A program made the translations under genes and the position numbers. A DNA stretch of 64,000 nt from Callorhinchus milii (lineage: Eukaryota). The stretch is from the NCBI RefSeq assembly GCF_018977255.1, contig NW_024704743.1, positions 109,556,001 through 109,620,000 of the forward strand, given 5' to 3'. Below the pieces are notes generated by a model. The model ran no database searches. It was not told the origin of the DNA and saw only the letters and a program-made list of their open reading frames with translations. Every line of letters starts with the position of its first letter. The stretch's first letter is position 1. Below, piece after piece: positions 11,125-22,698 of the stretch.

Positions 11125-11391
11125 TTATACAAAACTCTCTGCTGGGGGGAGGATCAGTATGCCTTGTTTGGTGGGAGAAGGGTGGGTGATTGTTGGACCC
11201 CCAGACATCGTGAGAAATTCTGTTCTCTTTTCTAGTAGTACAACGGAATCCATTGCTTCCATCAAAGCTGCCATAATTTCTTTCACTGTCCCCTTCACTT
11301 CATCTCTGTTACACTTTTCCTCCATGTAGCTAATTACTTTAGGCTCCAAAAGGGGATTTCTGAATGGATCAGTCTCGACTTGGTAAATGTA
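11125..11391 (-). CDS. Probable terminal coding exon of an unidentified host gene (88 aa, ends ...ILILPPAESFV*)
   Basis: Non-repetitive open frame YIYQVETDPFRNPLLEPKVISYMEEKCNRDEVKGTVKEIMAALMEAMDSVVLLEKRTEFL... It follows a polypyrimidine tract and AG (ttgttctctttattcttccacattgaag|TAC, phase 0) and ends at TAA. Protein not recognised. Confidence 0.55.
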   Translation of the reverse strand, partial: YIYQVETDPFRNPLLEPKVISYMEEKCNRDEVKGTVKEIMAALMEAMDSVVLLEKRTEFLTMSGGPTITHPSPTKQGILILPPAESFV

Positions 11392-11639
11392 CTTCAATGT
11401 GGAAGAATAAAGAGAACAAGTTTATGTTGAGTAGTAAATACTGAATGGAGTGGAAGAGCAAAGGGACCTGGGGGGCAGGGATGGGGGATGTACATAAATT
11501 CTTAAAGGTGGAAAAGGCAGGTAGGCAAAGCATCTGATATCACTTAAAAACATCTCACAGTGCTTCACAGTAATTAGTGTATTATACAATGCCAGATCAA
11601 ATATGATTATTATTATTATATTAGTGATGCTAACTGTTG

Positions 11640-11657
11640 CTCACTAGATGGCAGCAC
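11640..11657 (+). promoter_or_regulatory. Candidate CTCF-binding motif
   Basis: TCACTAGATGGCAGCAC fits the CCASYAGRKGGCRS consensus at all but the first base, in non-repeat DNA. Confidence 0.45.
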
Positions 11658-11759
11658 AGCCTTCCGGGTTAGTGTCTTAGTTTACAAAGCTCAGCACCGC
11701 CATATTTTTATTTTGAAGCGAGGCGGGTATTTTTTTGCCATTAGGTTATTATTTCCCAT

Positions 11760-11925
11760 GTCCACTCCTCCTCCTCCCCACATCTGCTCTCCTACCAACG
11801 TCCACAAGTCTCCTCACCTCCGTTCCTCACCTCCGCTCCCTTCTCTTCTCTCTCCCCCCCACCTTAAGCTCCCTGGGACTCTGCCCTGCATGAGGGGTGC
11901 TATATAAGTGCAAGTTGTTGTTGTA
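11760..11925 (+). mobile_element. L2 3' end fragment
   Basis: C/T-rich 3' UTR, then GAGGGGTGCTATATAAGTGCAAGTTGTTGTTG. Confidence 0.65.
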
Positions 11926-13227
11926 GTTATTCTCTCTTCCATCTCCTCTATCCCCTCATTTATGACATTTGTATTTTTTTTCCATTTCCCTATTATCCGT
12001 TATCCATATTCTGCAGGAAATTTGCTTAACACAAACAGCTATGAATAATTTGTGCGCATAGCTCAGAGTTTGTGCACAATTTATTCTGAGGTATTTATCG
12101 TCCATCTTTGCGGCATTATGCATGCATTAGTACTCTGGGTAAACATTTAATCATATTACAGTGTTTTATATGGTGTTCAGAATTTGGACTCGGATTTGAG
12201 TAACTAAGGACTGACCTTTTTGCTGTACTTGAAGGTAAACTGCTGGAAAACAAGGCCTGAGTGGAGTGGTGGGTGGTGGGGGGGGGTGGGTGCGGGCTGG
12301 GGTAGGGGAGTAGTGAACTACATAGAATTACACAGAATGTTACAGCGCAGAAGTGTGTCTTTCAGCCCAACTGCTCTGTGGTGCTATTGATACTTCTAAT
12401 AAATAAAATTGGTCATTCACTCTACAAGCTGTTTGTGGGACATTGCTCTGTGCAAGTTGGCTGCCACGTTCGCCCACAAAACACGTAGCCACTAAACTTG
12501 ACAGTATACCCTGTGAAGTGTTTTTTGAACATTCTCCCAAAGCTAAAGGCGCTATACCAAATGAAAGGATAATTATTATTATAAAATTAATCATTCACTA
12601 CATGAGTGTTTGTGGGATTTTGCTGTGGCCAAATTACCTACCACATTTACCTACATAATACATTACACCTTACAGTAAAATCCTGTAATACACTTTGAGA
12701 CGTTTCAACGACATACTAAGGTGCTATATCAAATGCAGAGATCATAATTATTATAATAATTTTCAATGTTGGGTGAATTAACCTATCATGGGTCATAATT
12801 TGCACCTTTGATCACTGCGTTTAATCACTCATTAATGCTGGGTTTCTATTGTCGGGAAAGGGGAAAAAGAAAAAAAGGGGAAAAAGATGAGGCTGTAGAG
12901 CGAGAAAAAAAACCTTTATTGGTGTTTTATGCAAGTGCACCTTAAGTCATCCTTTTACAACTAGCCAAATGTGTCAAAAGTTTTTAAGACATCACATTAT
13001 TTTAGCATGTAAAGGATTAGGCAATCAACCAACCGACTAATTAATTAGACCTGCAGGACTGATCTGATGTGAAATTTGCTGATTGCTGTTGCACGTGAGT
13101 TACCTGTTTATTGCAATAATCCTTGCATTTGAAACATAAAAAATGTCTCAAAGCGCTTCACAGGATCTATTTCAATGTGCAGTGATAGTGTGCTTGTAGA
13201 TGAACATGGCAGACAATTTGCACACAG

Positions 13228-13790
13228 TGTTAAGGAAAAACCTTTTCGAGTTCCAATCAAACACAGCCACTGTTTGCAACCAGCATGGTGTTTATTAAAC
13301 TCCAGGATCTGTCCAAGTTCCCGATGGGCGTGGGCAAGTAAGCACAATCAATCGATTCACTAACAGAACAATACTACCGCGTAATCCCTCCTCGTGGTTG
13401 TCTACTTCTGCCTTCTAGTTCTCAGTCTTCCATCAATGGTAGGTACTATCCTGGGCGGGCGCCGATTTTGGTCTGGCACGGTGTCTTAAGCTTGTGTCCA
13501 TCCAATCATGGTGCGGACATTAGGTCACCTGCCCAAAATCATGCTGGGTTCAAGTGAACATCTCATGGAGTGTACGTGCCTCACACACACAAACACACTG
13601 TCCTTGAAACAGTCCGTTATCTTGTGTACTTGCAGGGCAGTAATACACATCTTATCCTTGAGACACTCACGTGATCCTGGGAAACTCATGAGTTTCAGAC
13701 CAGTTGCCCCCCCGCACTTAACTTAAAAGTTAACCCGTTCGCAACATCTATTATGATTCTAACATTATACAAAAAGTGTAAATTCTAATA
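13228..13790 (-). mobile_element. Solo LTR candidate (563 bp) with 4-bp TSD
   Basis: ACAG direct repeat at 13224-13227 and 13791-13794; termini TGTTA...TAATA (TG..CA with one change); minus-strand AATAAA at 13291-13296 near the 3' end; cleanly interrupts a SINE. Confidence 0.65.
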
Positions 13791-13800
13791 ACAGCAATGT

Positions 13801-14805
13801 ACAGTACAATACAAACTTACATTTGTAAAGCGCCTTTCCTGTCGGGAGGACGACAGGGATTAGGACCCGAGTGGGGGAATGTAACGGGGTGGGGAGGTTT
13901 TGGGATCAGGGAGGGTAGTGGAAGGAGGGTGGCCGAAGGCACAGCTGAAGAGGTGGGTCTTGGGGTGTGCCTTGAAGGAGGTAAGGGAGGGAGTGAGGTG
14001 CAGGGAATGTGGGATGAAGTTCCAGAGGGTGGGGGCAGAGAGGCTGAAGACCCAACCGCTGAAGATGGGGCAGGCCGGGGACAGGGAGCAGGCTAGAGCC
14101 TGCTGAGTGGAGGGGGTGGACAGGTTGATCAGGGGTTAGCAGGTCACAGAGGTAGGAGGGAGCAAGGCCATGGAGAGCCTTGAAGGTGAGGAAGGGAATT
14201 TTGAACTCTATCCTCTGAAGGAATGGGAAGCCAGTGGAGCCGGGCAAGGGTGGAGCTGATGGGGTCATGGAGTCTCGTGCAGGAGAGGACATGAGCTGCA
14301 GAGTTCTGGATGATCTGCAGCTTGTGGAGGGAAGAATCGGGAAGGCTGACAAGCAGGGAGTTGGCATAGTCAAGCCAGGTTGTAATGAAGGCATGAGGGT
14401 TTCAGGGACCTGACGAGTGAGGCAATGGCAGAGTCGGGCAATGATGCGGAGGTAGGGGAAGGCAGAATGGCTCATGGCATGGATGAGGGCGAACAAGACG
14501 CCAAGGTTCTTGACTGGCTTGGTGAGGTGGAATGTGCATCGGTGGACGCTGGTGCTGCCAGTGCCTAAGGTGCGGAGGAGCTAGCGAGAGCCAATCAGAG
14601 GACCTCCGTTTTGCTTAAATTCAACTGTAGAAAGTTGGCTCTCGTCCAGGACTTGATGTCTAACAAGTAGTCTGTCAGGACATCAGTGGTCCTGGTATTG
14701 AGGGTGGAGGTAGAGAGATATAGTTGGGTGTCATCTGCATACATGTGGAAGTTGTCCCCATGTCTGTGGATGATGTCACCAAAAGGGAGCATATATAGTT
14801 TGATG
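13801..14805 (-). mobile_element. L2 LINE, 5'-truncated, degenerate
   Basis: Minus ORF remnants [25 protein letters not shown] and [20 protein letters not shown]; tail hairpin near 13830-13860. Confidence 0.92.
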
Positions 14806-14914
14806 AATATCCCACAAACAGCCATGAAAGGAATGACTAAATCTCCCTTTTCTTTTTGATTGGTGCGATCGGATATTCAATAGCTATCTGAAGGCAAATG
14901 GAATCTCGGACTAA

Positions 14915-15150
14915 AATAAATAAACATTTGTATAGCCCCTTTTACATCAGAAGGACACCTCAAAGCGCCTAACACTGCTGGATGGGCTCCAGAGCTGGTG
15001 GGAGCCAAAAGGAGGGAGGGGAAGATGACTGAAAGTCAAAGATTAAAAAGTTTGAGATAAATTTTTAACAAGGTGTGGGAGGGAGCGAGTTGGAGGGAAT
15101 CTGAGATGGAGTTCTAAAAAGCCCGCCCATCACTGATTGGGCAGATAGTG
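14915..15150 (-). mobile_element. L2 3' end fragment
   Basis: CATTTGTATAGCCCCTTTTACATCAGAAGGACACCTCAAAGCGCC tail followed by G-rich antisense 3' UTR. Confidence 0.6.
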
Positions 15151-15164
15151 TGTGGAACATGAAG

Positions 15165-16270
15165 CAACAACAACAACAACAATTACATTTATAGAGCGCC
15201 TTTCAAGTCGGGAGGACGTCGCAAGGTGCTGGAAAGTCATAGGTCAGCACTTGAGCTTGGGGGAGGAGTGGGGTAGGGGTGAGGGAAGACAGAGAGGTGG
15301 GAGGGCGACCAAAGGCACGATTGAAGAGGAGGGTCTTGAGACCGGCCTTAAAGGAGGCAAGGGAGGAAGCGAGGCGAAGGGACTGTGGGATGGAGTTCCA
15401 GAGTGTGGGAGCAGAGAAGCTGAAAGCCCGACCACCAATGGTAGGGCGGATTGGGCAGCAGGAAACATGAAGCAGGCCCGAAGCCCGCTGAACAGAGGAA
15501 GGTCCTCATCCAGGACTTGATGTCGGACAGGCAGTCGGTCAGGACGCCAGGAGTTGAGGGTAGAGTCAGAGAGATAGAGTTGGGTGCCATCCACATACAT
15601 GTGGAAATTTGCCCCATGTCTGCGGATGATGTCACCAATGGGGAGCATGTAGAGGGTGAAGAGGAGTGGACCGAGGACAGAGCCCTGAGGAACACCACAC
15701 GAGATGGTGCGGGGGCTGGAGGAGAAGCCGTTAGCTGAGACAAAGTGGAGGCCGTGTGAAAGGTAGGACCTGAAGCAGTCAAAGACAGAACCTTGGAGGT
15801 TGAGATGGGAGGAGAGGCGGTGGAGGAGGATTGAATGGCCCACAGTGTCAAAAGAGGTGGAGAGGTCAAGGAGGATGAGGAGTCAGAGGGAGCCCTGTTC
15901 ACACTTGGTCAGGATGTCATTTACGACCTTGACCAGAGCAGTTTCTGTACTGTGGGCAGCATGGAAACCCGATTGGAGGCGCTCATGGAGGGAGTTGGAG
16001 GAGAGGAAAGAGCGAAGCTGGGAGGCAACGGCTCTCTCAAGGACTTGGACAGAAAAGTGAGGTTGGAGATGGCCTGGTAGCTGGATAGCTGTGATGGATC
16101 AAGGGAAGGTTTCTGCAAGGTGGGGCTTATGTAGTGGCTGTTTTGAGGGGTGTAGGAACAGTGCCAGATGACAAGGAGAGGTTGAGAGGTGGTGTGCGCT
16201 GAATGTAGGGTTCGATTGAGCTGATAGGGTTGAAGGAGATTGTGGAATTAGGGTGGTTTGGGAGAGGGAT
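15165..16270 (-). mobile_element. L2 LINE with large internal deletion near 15500
   Basis: (CAA)n tail at 15165-15182; RT remnants [20 protein letters not shown] and SSYQAISNL. Sequence jumps from DIKSWMR directly to the distal ORF2 region. Confidence 0.9.
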
Positions 16271-17074
16271 CTAAAGGTTAACATCACATCCATAGGATGG
16301 AATGCTGGCAGTGGAGCACAGGCGCAAGGAAATTGGTGGACTTGGTAAAGTTAAGTGAGTAATGCAGCAATTTGCCTTCAAATTTGTGGGATATTTACAG
16401 TAATAATTGGATCATTACCACTTTCAATTATATTTTTGTGCGGCTCTGATAAGCTTGATTGCAGAAGTGATAATATGCTTTGCACAGAAAAAGATTTTTT
16501 TTGAAGCCACACAGGAAAAATATTTAATAACAGAGAACGTTAGTTGTTTATTGTTTGGTCGAATTAATTGGTAAAGGATGGAATATGGAATAGGGCATTA
16601 ATCTGGTGCTGAACTTCAGATCATATTATGGAGAGATTCCATTATAATGTGCAGCACGTCCCAGCAATCGTGACTGATAGTGATATCCAGTATAAATAAT
16701 ATAGCAAATTTGTGTTTAGGAAACACAATTTATGCCTTAATTAGGGAAATAAAAAACGACTTCGGGTCAAATGATTCTCGTCAGGAAATGATTTAAACCA
16801 AACCATTAATCTGTATTGCTCCTCATTAAAGCTCATTTAATACTTTGTAATTTCCCATCTGAAGCTTCAGCTGTATTAAGACAGAAACCCATTAATTTCT
16901 TAAGGACACCCAGTTTGAGTGGGGAGGAAACCAAAGTTTAGGTAGTTGTGTTAGGAGGGAACCCAAGTTTAGGGTAGTTTGGTAGGGAGGGAACCAAGGG
17001 TGAGGAAAGGGATGAAACTAAACTGAAGGTTGGTTTGCCCAGGGTGTGTTATCTGGCATTGAGCCAGGGAAGCT

Positions 17075-17260
17075 CATCAGACGTGCTGTCCTTCAATTGA
17101 GATGATAAACCCATTTGGCTGTTCAGGTGGACTTTAAAGATCCTGTGTCACTATTAATAAAAAGAGTTTTTCCAGATATCCTGACCAACAATCACCCGAA
17201 TAAAATAGCCATTCACTTCATAGCTGTTTGTGGGACATTGCTGTGCCCAAATTGGCCGTT
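17075..17260 (+). mobile_element. Deu-domain SINE central fragment
   Basis: GTGCTGTCCTTCAATTGAGATGATAAAC..GTTCAGGTGGACTTTAAAGATCC..GCTGTTTGTGGGACATTGCTGTG. Confidence 0.7.
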
Positions 17261-17799
17261 TTATGTGCTTTTTGGATCATAACAATCGTCGCATTTGATA
17301 ACAGCAAAAAGCCCAGAAATGAACACAGGATTTCCAAGTACTCCAGGACACTACCTTGTGTGACGGTCACTATATAAATGCAAGTTGTTGTAACGCAGCC
17401 AATTTCACAAACAAAGCAGTGTTGTTATTGGTCCTATATTAATTGCAAGGTTTATTAGTATTTATTTTTGTTCAAAGAGAACAAGATGTGAAAAGAAGCT
17501 TTTCTAAGTTTGAAAGAGAGTTATCTTGCCCATTAACCAGTGAACAAAGAAATTAGTTGGAGGCAAAACTACTCCAGGATATTGATGGCTTCTGGTGTAA
17601 CACTAATGTACCATTGATCTGTACTAGTCCACACTCAGCCGAGACACATTCTAATGGTGCTGCCCTGTGTTTGGGTACCTCTGGACAGACACTTAACACA
17701 GCGTATATAACATTGAAATGAAAGTGCATTGCAGGTAACTATTGTACATTTGTAGGCAAACACAGCAATCGATTTGCCCAGCAAAGGCCCTTCTTGGGA

Positions 17800-18430
17800 T
17801 ATACCGATCCCGAGGATCCGAAATAATGACTCAACAATCCTTAATCAAGGTATAATGGTTTATTATTCACAAACAGTTTATGAGTATATAGTAAAAGAGG
17901 TAAATAGTCATTCTACCAGTTCCAGGTAGTCTGTAGGCTGATTTCAGTCTTTCATGTCGGCTTCTCAGGCTCAAGCTTTGGCAATACTCACGTTCTCTCT
18001 TTGTCTTTCTCTCCCTGCTTCCACCCTTCTCTCTCCGGTGGCATCCCAATTATACTAACTTCCCCTCTAACCTTTGCTCTGGCCAGATAAGATTATGGTC
18101 TCCAGAATTTTATTCTTCTTTTGTCCTATTTAACTAGATCAACCAAGTTCTCTTCTTTTTGACCACCTGGAATTGAGACAGGCTTAACCATATCTCAGTA
18201 CTGTCCTTGAGAGTGTAACCAGTCTACAAGAAAAAGCTTTCAGACACATATTCCATTGTCCTGGTGCCAGGCTCATGGTCTCCCCCTATCTCCAGGTGGC
18301 CCTTACCTCATACTCCAGGACTAGAAGTCGTGCCTGGTTCTCCCAGCACCTGGAATTGACAGGCTCAGCGTTCTTCTAACGTTTTTAAACTAATGTTTTA
18401 TAATTGCTATAAGGTGTTATAATTTCTACA
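17800..18430 (-). mobile_element. Possible solo LTR (~630 bp) inserted in a SINE
   Basis: Unique block between two SINE halves; minus strand begins TGTAGAAA; AATAAA near its far end (~17859-17864); internal direct repeat CACCTGGAATTGA (~18164, ~18347). TSD ambiguous. Confidence 0.4.
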
Positions 18431-18449
18431 TATTCTAGTCAATCTAACA

Positions 18450-18686
18450 TCCTGCAATCAGTCATGAGTGTTGGCCAGGACACTGGGAGAAACTCCCTTC
18501 TCTTTTCGAACAGTGGGATCGTTAATATCCACCTGAGCAGGCAAACAGGGCTTCAGTTTAATGTCTCATTTGAAGGATGGCATCTCCTGATGATGTGACT
18601 CATCTCCCCTAGCATTGCACTGGAACCTGAACTGTGAACCCACAATCTTTGGACCGCAGAAGGCGGAAGTCTTACCAACTGAGCCA
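18450..18686 (-). mobile_element. Deu-domain SINE, 5' part
   Basis: TTGGCCAGGACACTGGGAGAAACTCCC..GAAGGATGGCATCTC..GAACCCACAATCTT..ACCAACTGAGCCA. Confidence 0.78.
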
Positions 18687-19510
18687 CGAAAACACAGCTT
18701 TTCTAATGCACACTGTGCACAGAGCAGTCTGGGCGACCAGGGGTTAACAGTTGACGTCTTTCCTTATCATCTGTTAAGTGTAAAATGCACATTATTATTA
18801 TAATAATCGTTATGAAATAAATGTCGTACATGGCAGGAGTGGTGACAGAGTTACTGTGGAAACGGCTATATTTGGAACAAAAGCGTAAACAAAGGATATC
18901 AAGCACCGCACCTGACAGTGCAGATCAGCTTTAAACTGCACAGCATTGTGTGGGGGAGGGCGGAGAAGGGAAAGTGGCGGAAAGAGAAATAGCCTGCGGG
19001 CAACCGTCAAAACTGATGTGTATAAACTATTATCTGGCAGGTTGCTTTAATTGCTTCTGTTCTTCGTGAGTCATTCAAAAATACATTTGGGTAAACATTC
19101 TGTTCAGCATTACACTCACCACCTTTGGCCATGTTGGCCTTTAATGGAACTCCTTCCCTTCATCCCCTCTTGAGCTGTGTTTAAATCTTGCCTTAAAACC
19201 TACCTTTCAATCGCACCTATGGTCACCTCCCGCTTCACTCGCAGGCTTCCTGATGATTCAAATTCCATACTGTCTTGTGGTAACTCAGCTCCAACACAAC
19301 ACTCCAATGTGAGTGGATTGATGGGACTTCTATCAGGATGCCTCAATAAGGAAATCCCATTTAGAAGTACCACACATTAAATCCCAATAGGGAGACTTGA
19401 GGAAAGGATTAATCCTACTTTTAATCAAAGTTATAGCATATACAATATAAAATTACATCTGTAAAGCATCCTTCACATTGGGAGGACGTCCCAAGGTGCC
19501 ATATCACTGG

Positions 19511-19591
19511 CAGAAACAAAAACAGAAGTTGCTGGGAACACTCAGCAGGTCAGGCAGCATCTATGGAGAAAAGAAAGTGAGTCAACGTTTC
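19511..19591. mobile_element. Penelope-like element terminal-region fragment
   Basis: AAACAAAAACAGAAGTTGCTGGGAACACTCAGCAGGTCAGGCAGCATC..GTCAACGTTTC continues the motif at 34230-34268 next to the GIY-YIG relic; family assignment is from my recall of chondrichthyan repeats. Confidence 0.45.
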
Positions 19592-21069
19592 ACAAAAAGG
19601 ATTGGGAAAGTAAACTCAGAATAACAATTCCAGGCACTCCAAGGCAGCGCAAGAGCGCAAAGGTGAAGGTTCACAAAAAGCAGTTTGAGGACAGACACCA
19701 GGAAGTATTTCTTTACCCAGAGTGTAATTAATGATTTGAATAGGGAGTGGTCTTGGCCAGGTCAATGGAACTGAAAGTTTAAATGTAATTTGTTGTTATT
19801 GTTGATACGAAGATGGTAGAGCAGGCATTTTTTTTAGGGATGAGCTCAAATGGCCTTGCAGGACCTTCTTTATACAAACCTCTCAGATATTTTAAAGTTT
19901 GGCTTCAATATTAGAATATATCCTGTGCAGTGCTTAGAGATGTTTGGTCGACGTGATAAGGTGCTATATCAAATGCAAGGATTATAATTATATGAATTTT
20001 GAAGATATCTTATCTAGATGCTTTGGTGTATATTTGTACTTTGTAAAGTATGGCTAGAAATTCCAGGTTTATTCTCTTTAAGTAGCATTACATGTAGACC
20101 ATGCAAAATTTGGAAATTCTTAAACAGGTTCTTAATTTTGAAGCTGATTTTCTGTCAGTTTATTTTAAGGAAACTACAGAAATCCATCTTTAAAATTAAG
20201 ATTGAATTGAACTATTTACCGAATAGTGGATGTCATGAGTCTCTACATAGGGAGCCAATTTCTACCATTATTTTTCTAGAGTATTTTTGTAAAGAGATAA
20301 TCTTCCGCTGTGTTCATACCGAGTGTGGCAGCATTAACGGTTTCCAGTACTTGTGTTTTTTCAACTCAATGAGCTGATAATTTATGCCATTTTTCTCATT
20401 TGCTTTAATGAGCAAAAGATGATGGCAATTAAAAATCACATTTCTTTTTCATAAACATAGGGCACAGAAATTATTATAAAAAGCTTTGAGGAACAACACA
20501 CCTTGTGGGCTAATTTGGTAAACCAGAGGATTCTGTCCTTGTAAATACATGGTGCATGGTTGGGAAAGTGACTTAATTGGGGAAAATGGAGCTCACAAAA
20601 TTTAGAAGGTGAGAGTCCGCTACATGCACTCTGCTATGGAACAGTCCCTGGATCATGGAGTAGGTTCATTCTGGATCTAATAGAGTTAGAGGTTGTTACA
20701 AGACCAATCTACCACCAAGTATCATGCAGACCAAGTAAAGCACAGGTCCCTTATAATGCAATCATGTGGCACACGTACCTTCAGCACTCATTGGCTACTT
20801 CCAGAGCTGGCATTTCAGAGTTCACATAAGTGCTTCACATTGCCCATGTATGCAGTGTGCAGGAAATTATCCCAGTGCCCCTTCCTGAGCAGAACAGTCA
20901 TGTGCAGGTGAACAGGAAGTGACCGTAGGGTGGGTTTTCAGATTAGGATGAGATCAAATAGGCTGAAGGGCATTCTTCATCCGATTTGATCTTGTGAGAT
21001 ATAATTGATCATTAACTCCATGGACATTTGTGGGACAGTGCTGAGGTCTATGAGACAGAGGAGGTACTG

Positions 21070-21315
21070 AATGCTGTTCAGGTGAATGTTAAAGATCCCA
21101 TAGCACTATTCAAAAAGTGAAGGGACTTTCTTCTAATATCCTGGCCAATATAAAATTGGTCATTCATTTCATGGTTGTTTTTCCGACATATCTGTTGTAA
21201 ATTGGCTGCTATGTATGCCAACAAATGCACAGTCCCCACTGTAAATCCTGTGAAAACACTTTGAGATGTTTTGATGATGTGATAAGGCGCTGTATCACAT
21301 GCAAGGATTATTATT
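21070..21315 (+). mobile_element. Deu-domain SINE, 3' two-thirds
   Basis: GTTCAGGTGAATGTTAAAGATCCCATAGCAC through GATAAGGCGCTGTATCACATGCAAGGATTATTATT. Confidence 0.8.
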
Positions 21316-21872
21316 AATATTATAAAATATGATTATGAAGCAAATGGGGTGAAGGAGTCCTTCATTCAACAAATATTTCCTGTATTCTTATATGCTTCTC
21401 AATAGCTGAATGGTTTATGTGTAATACAACATCAGAGGTCCTGATATGTGCAGTGAAGAGAAAGAGTAATTGCTGTATGTACAAGAGAGTGATTAACCCA
21501 GCCTCTCACTGTAAGAAAATGAACCTCTCATCTAGTCCATCACTCTGCACAGTTCAAAGGAAACAAGTCTTTTCTTTTAAGTGAGATTTGTAGACACATT
21601 GATGGAATATTCATTATTAAGAATTTACAAAGTTAAAGTGTGATGTGTCTATCGAAATGTAAGAGCATTTTCTTAATTTGGATGGTCTATTAGATGCTCT
21701 TGTGATTGTTGTCGGATACAATTAATCCCAGTTTTCCGACAGTCATCTTCAATATTACAGTGTGGGGGAGAAGCGGTGAAGAGAGATAATTTCAGAAGAC
21801 TTTTTTTTTGGTCAGCAGACACATGTGAAAACCCATAAAGAGTAGTCAATGCAGACTAAGAGTTCCACATAT

Positions 21873-22698
21873 AGGGACCACTGCTGTTTTTGATCTATAT
21901 AAATGACCGGGACTTGGGTATAGGGAGTACAATTTCCAAGTTTGCCAATGATACTAAGCTAGGAAAAGTAGTAAACAGTGAGGAGGATAGTAGCAGACTG
22001 CAAAAGGACATAGACAGACTGGTAAAATGAGCAGACATGTGGCAGATGAAGTTTAATGTGGAGAAATGCAAAGTGATGCATTTTGGGATGAAGGATGAGG
22101 AGAGGCAATATAAGCTGATGGTATAATCTTAAAGGAGATTAATGAACCGAGACCTGGGGGTCCATATAAGTAAATCTTTGAAGGTGACAGGAGAGGCAGA
22201 TAAAGCTGTTAAAAAAACATACAGAATGCTAGAATAAATAGGGGCATAGAATACAAAAGTCAGGAAGTTATGATGAGCCTTTATAAAACACTGTTTAGGT
22301 CTCAGCTGGAGTACTGTGTTCAGTTCTGGGCACCACACTTTACAAAGGTTGTCAAGGCATGGAGAGGGTACAAAGGAGATTTACCAGGATGGTACCAGGA
22401 ATGAGGGACTTCAGTTATCAGGAGAGGCTAGAGAAGCTAGGATTATTCTCCTTGGAGCAGAGAAGTTTAAGAGGAGACTTAATAGTAGTTTTCAAAATGA
22501 TTAGGGGATTCGATAGGGTGAACAAGGAGAAACTATTTCCATTGGCGGGTGGGTCGGTAACCCGAGGACATATTTGCAGGGCTATGGGGAGAGAGCAGGG
22601 GAGTGGGTTTGATTTGGATAGCTCTTTTCAAAGAGCCGGCATAGACACGATGGGCCGAATGGCCTCCTTCTGTGCTGTATAATTCTATGATTCTATGA
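21873..22698 (+). mobile_element. CR1 LINE 3' fragment, with internal deletion near 22571
   Basis: Encodes FLIYIND..SKFANDTKL and ERVQRRFTRMVPGM..YQERLEKLGLFSLEQR; ends GGGCCGAATGGCCTCCTTCTG..(ATTCTATG)n. Confidence 0.92.

Larger units (their letters stand above)
13116..14845 (-). mobile_element. SINE 3' half split twice (pieces 13116-13227, 13795-13800, 14811-14845)
   Basis: The pieces rejoin to the consensus AATTTGCACACAG|CAATGT|CCCACAAACAGCCATGAA. Confidence 0.75.

Noticed and set aside
18940..19030. Core promoter (GC box, GGAA, TATAAA)
   Set aside because: Short motifs only, with no CpG island or linked exon.
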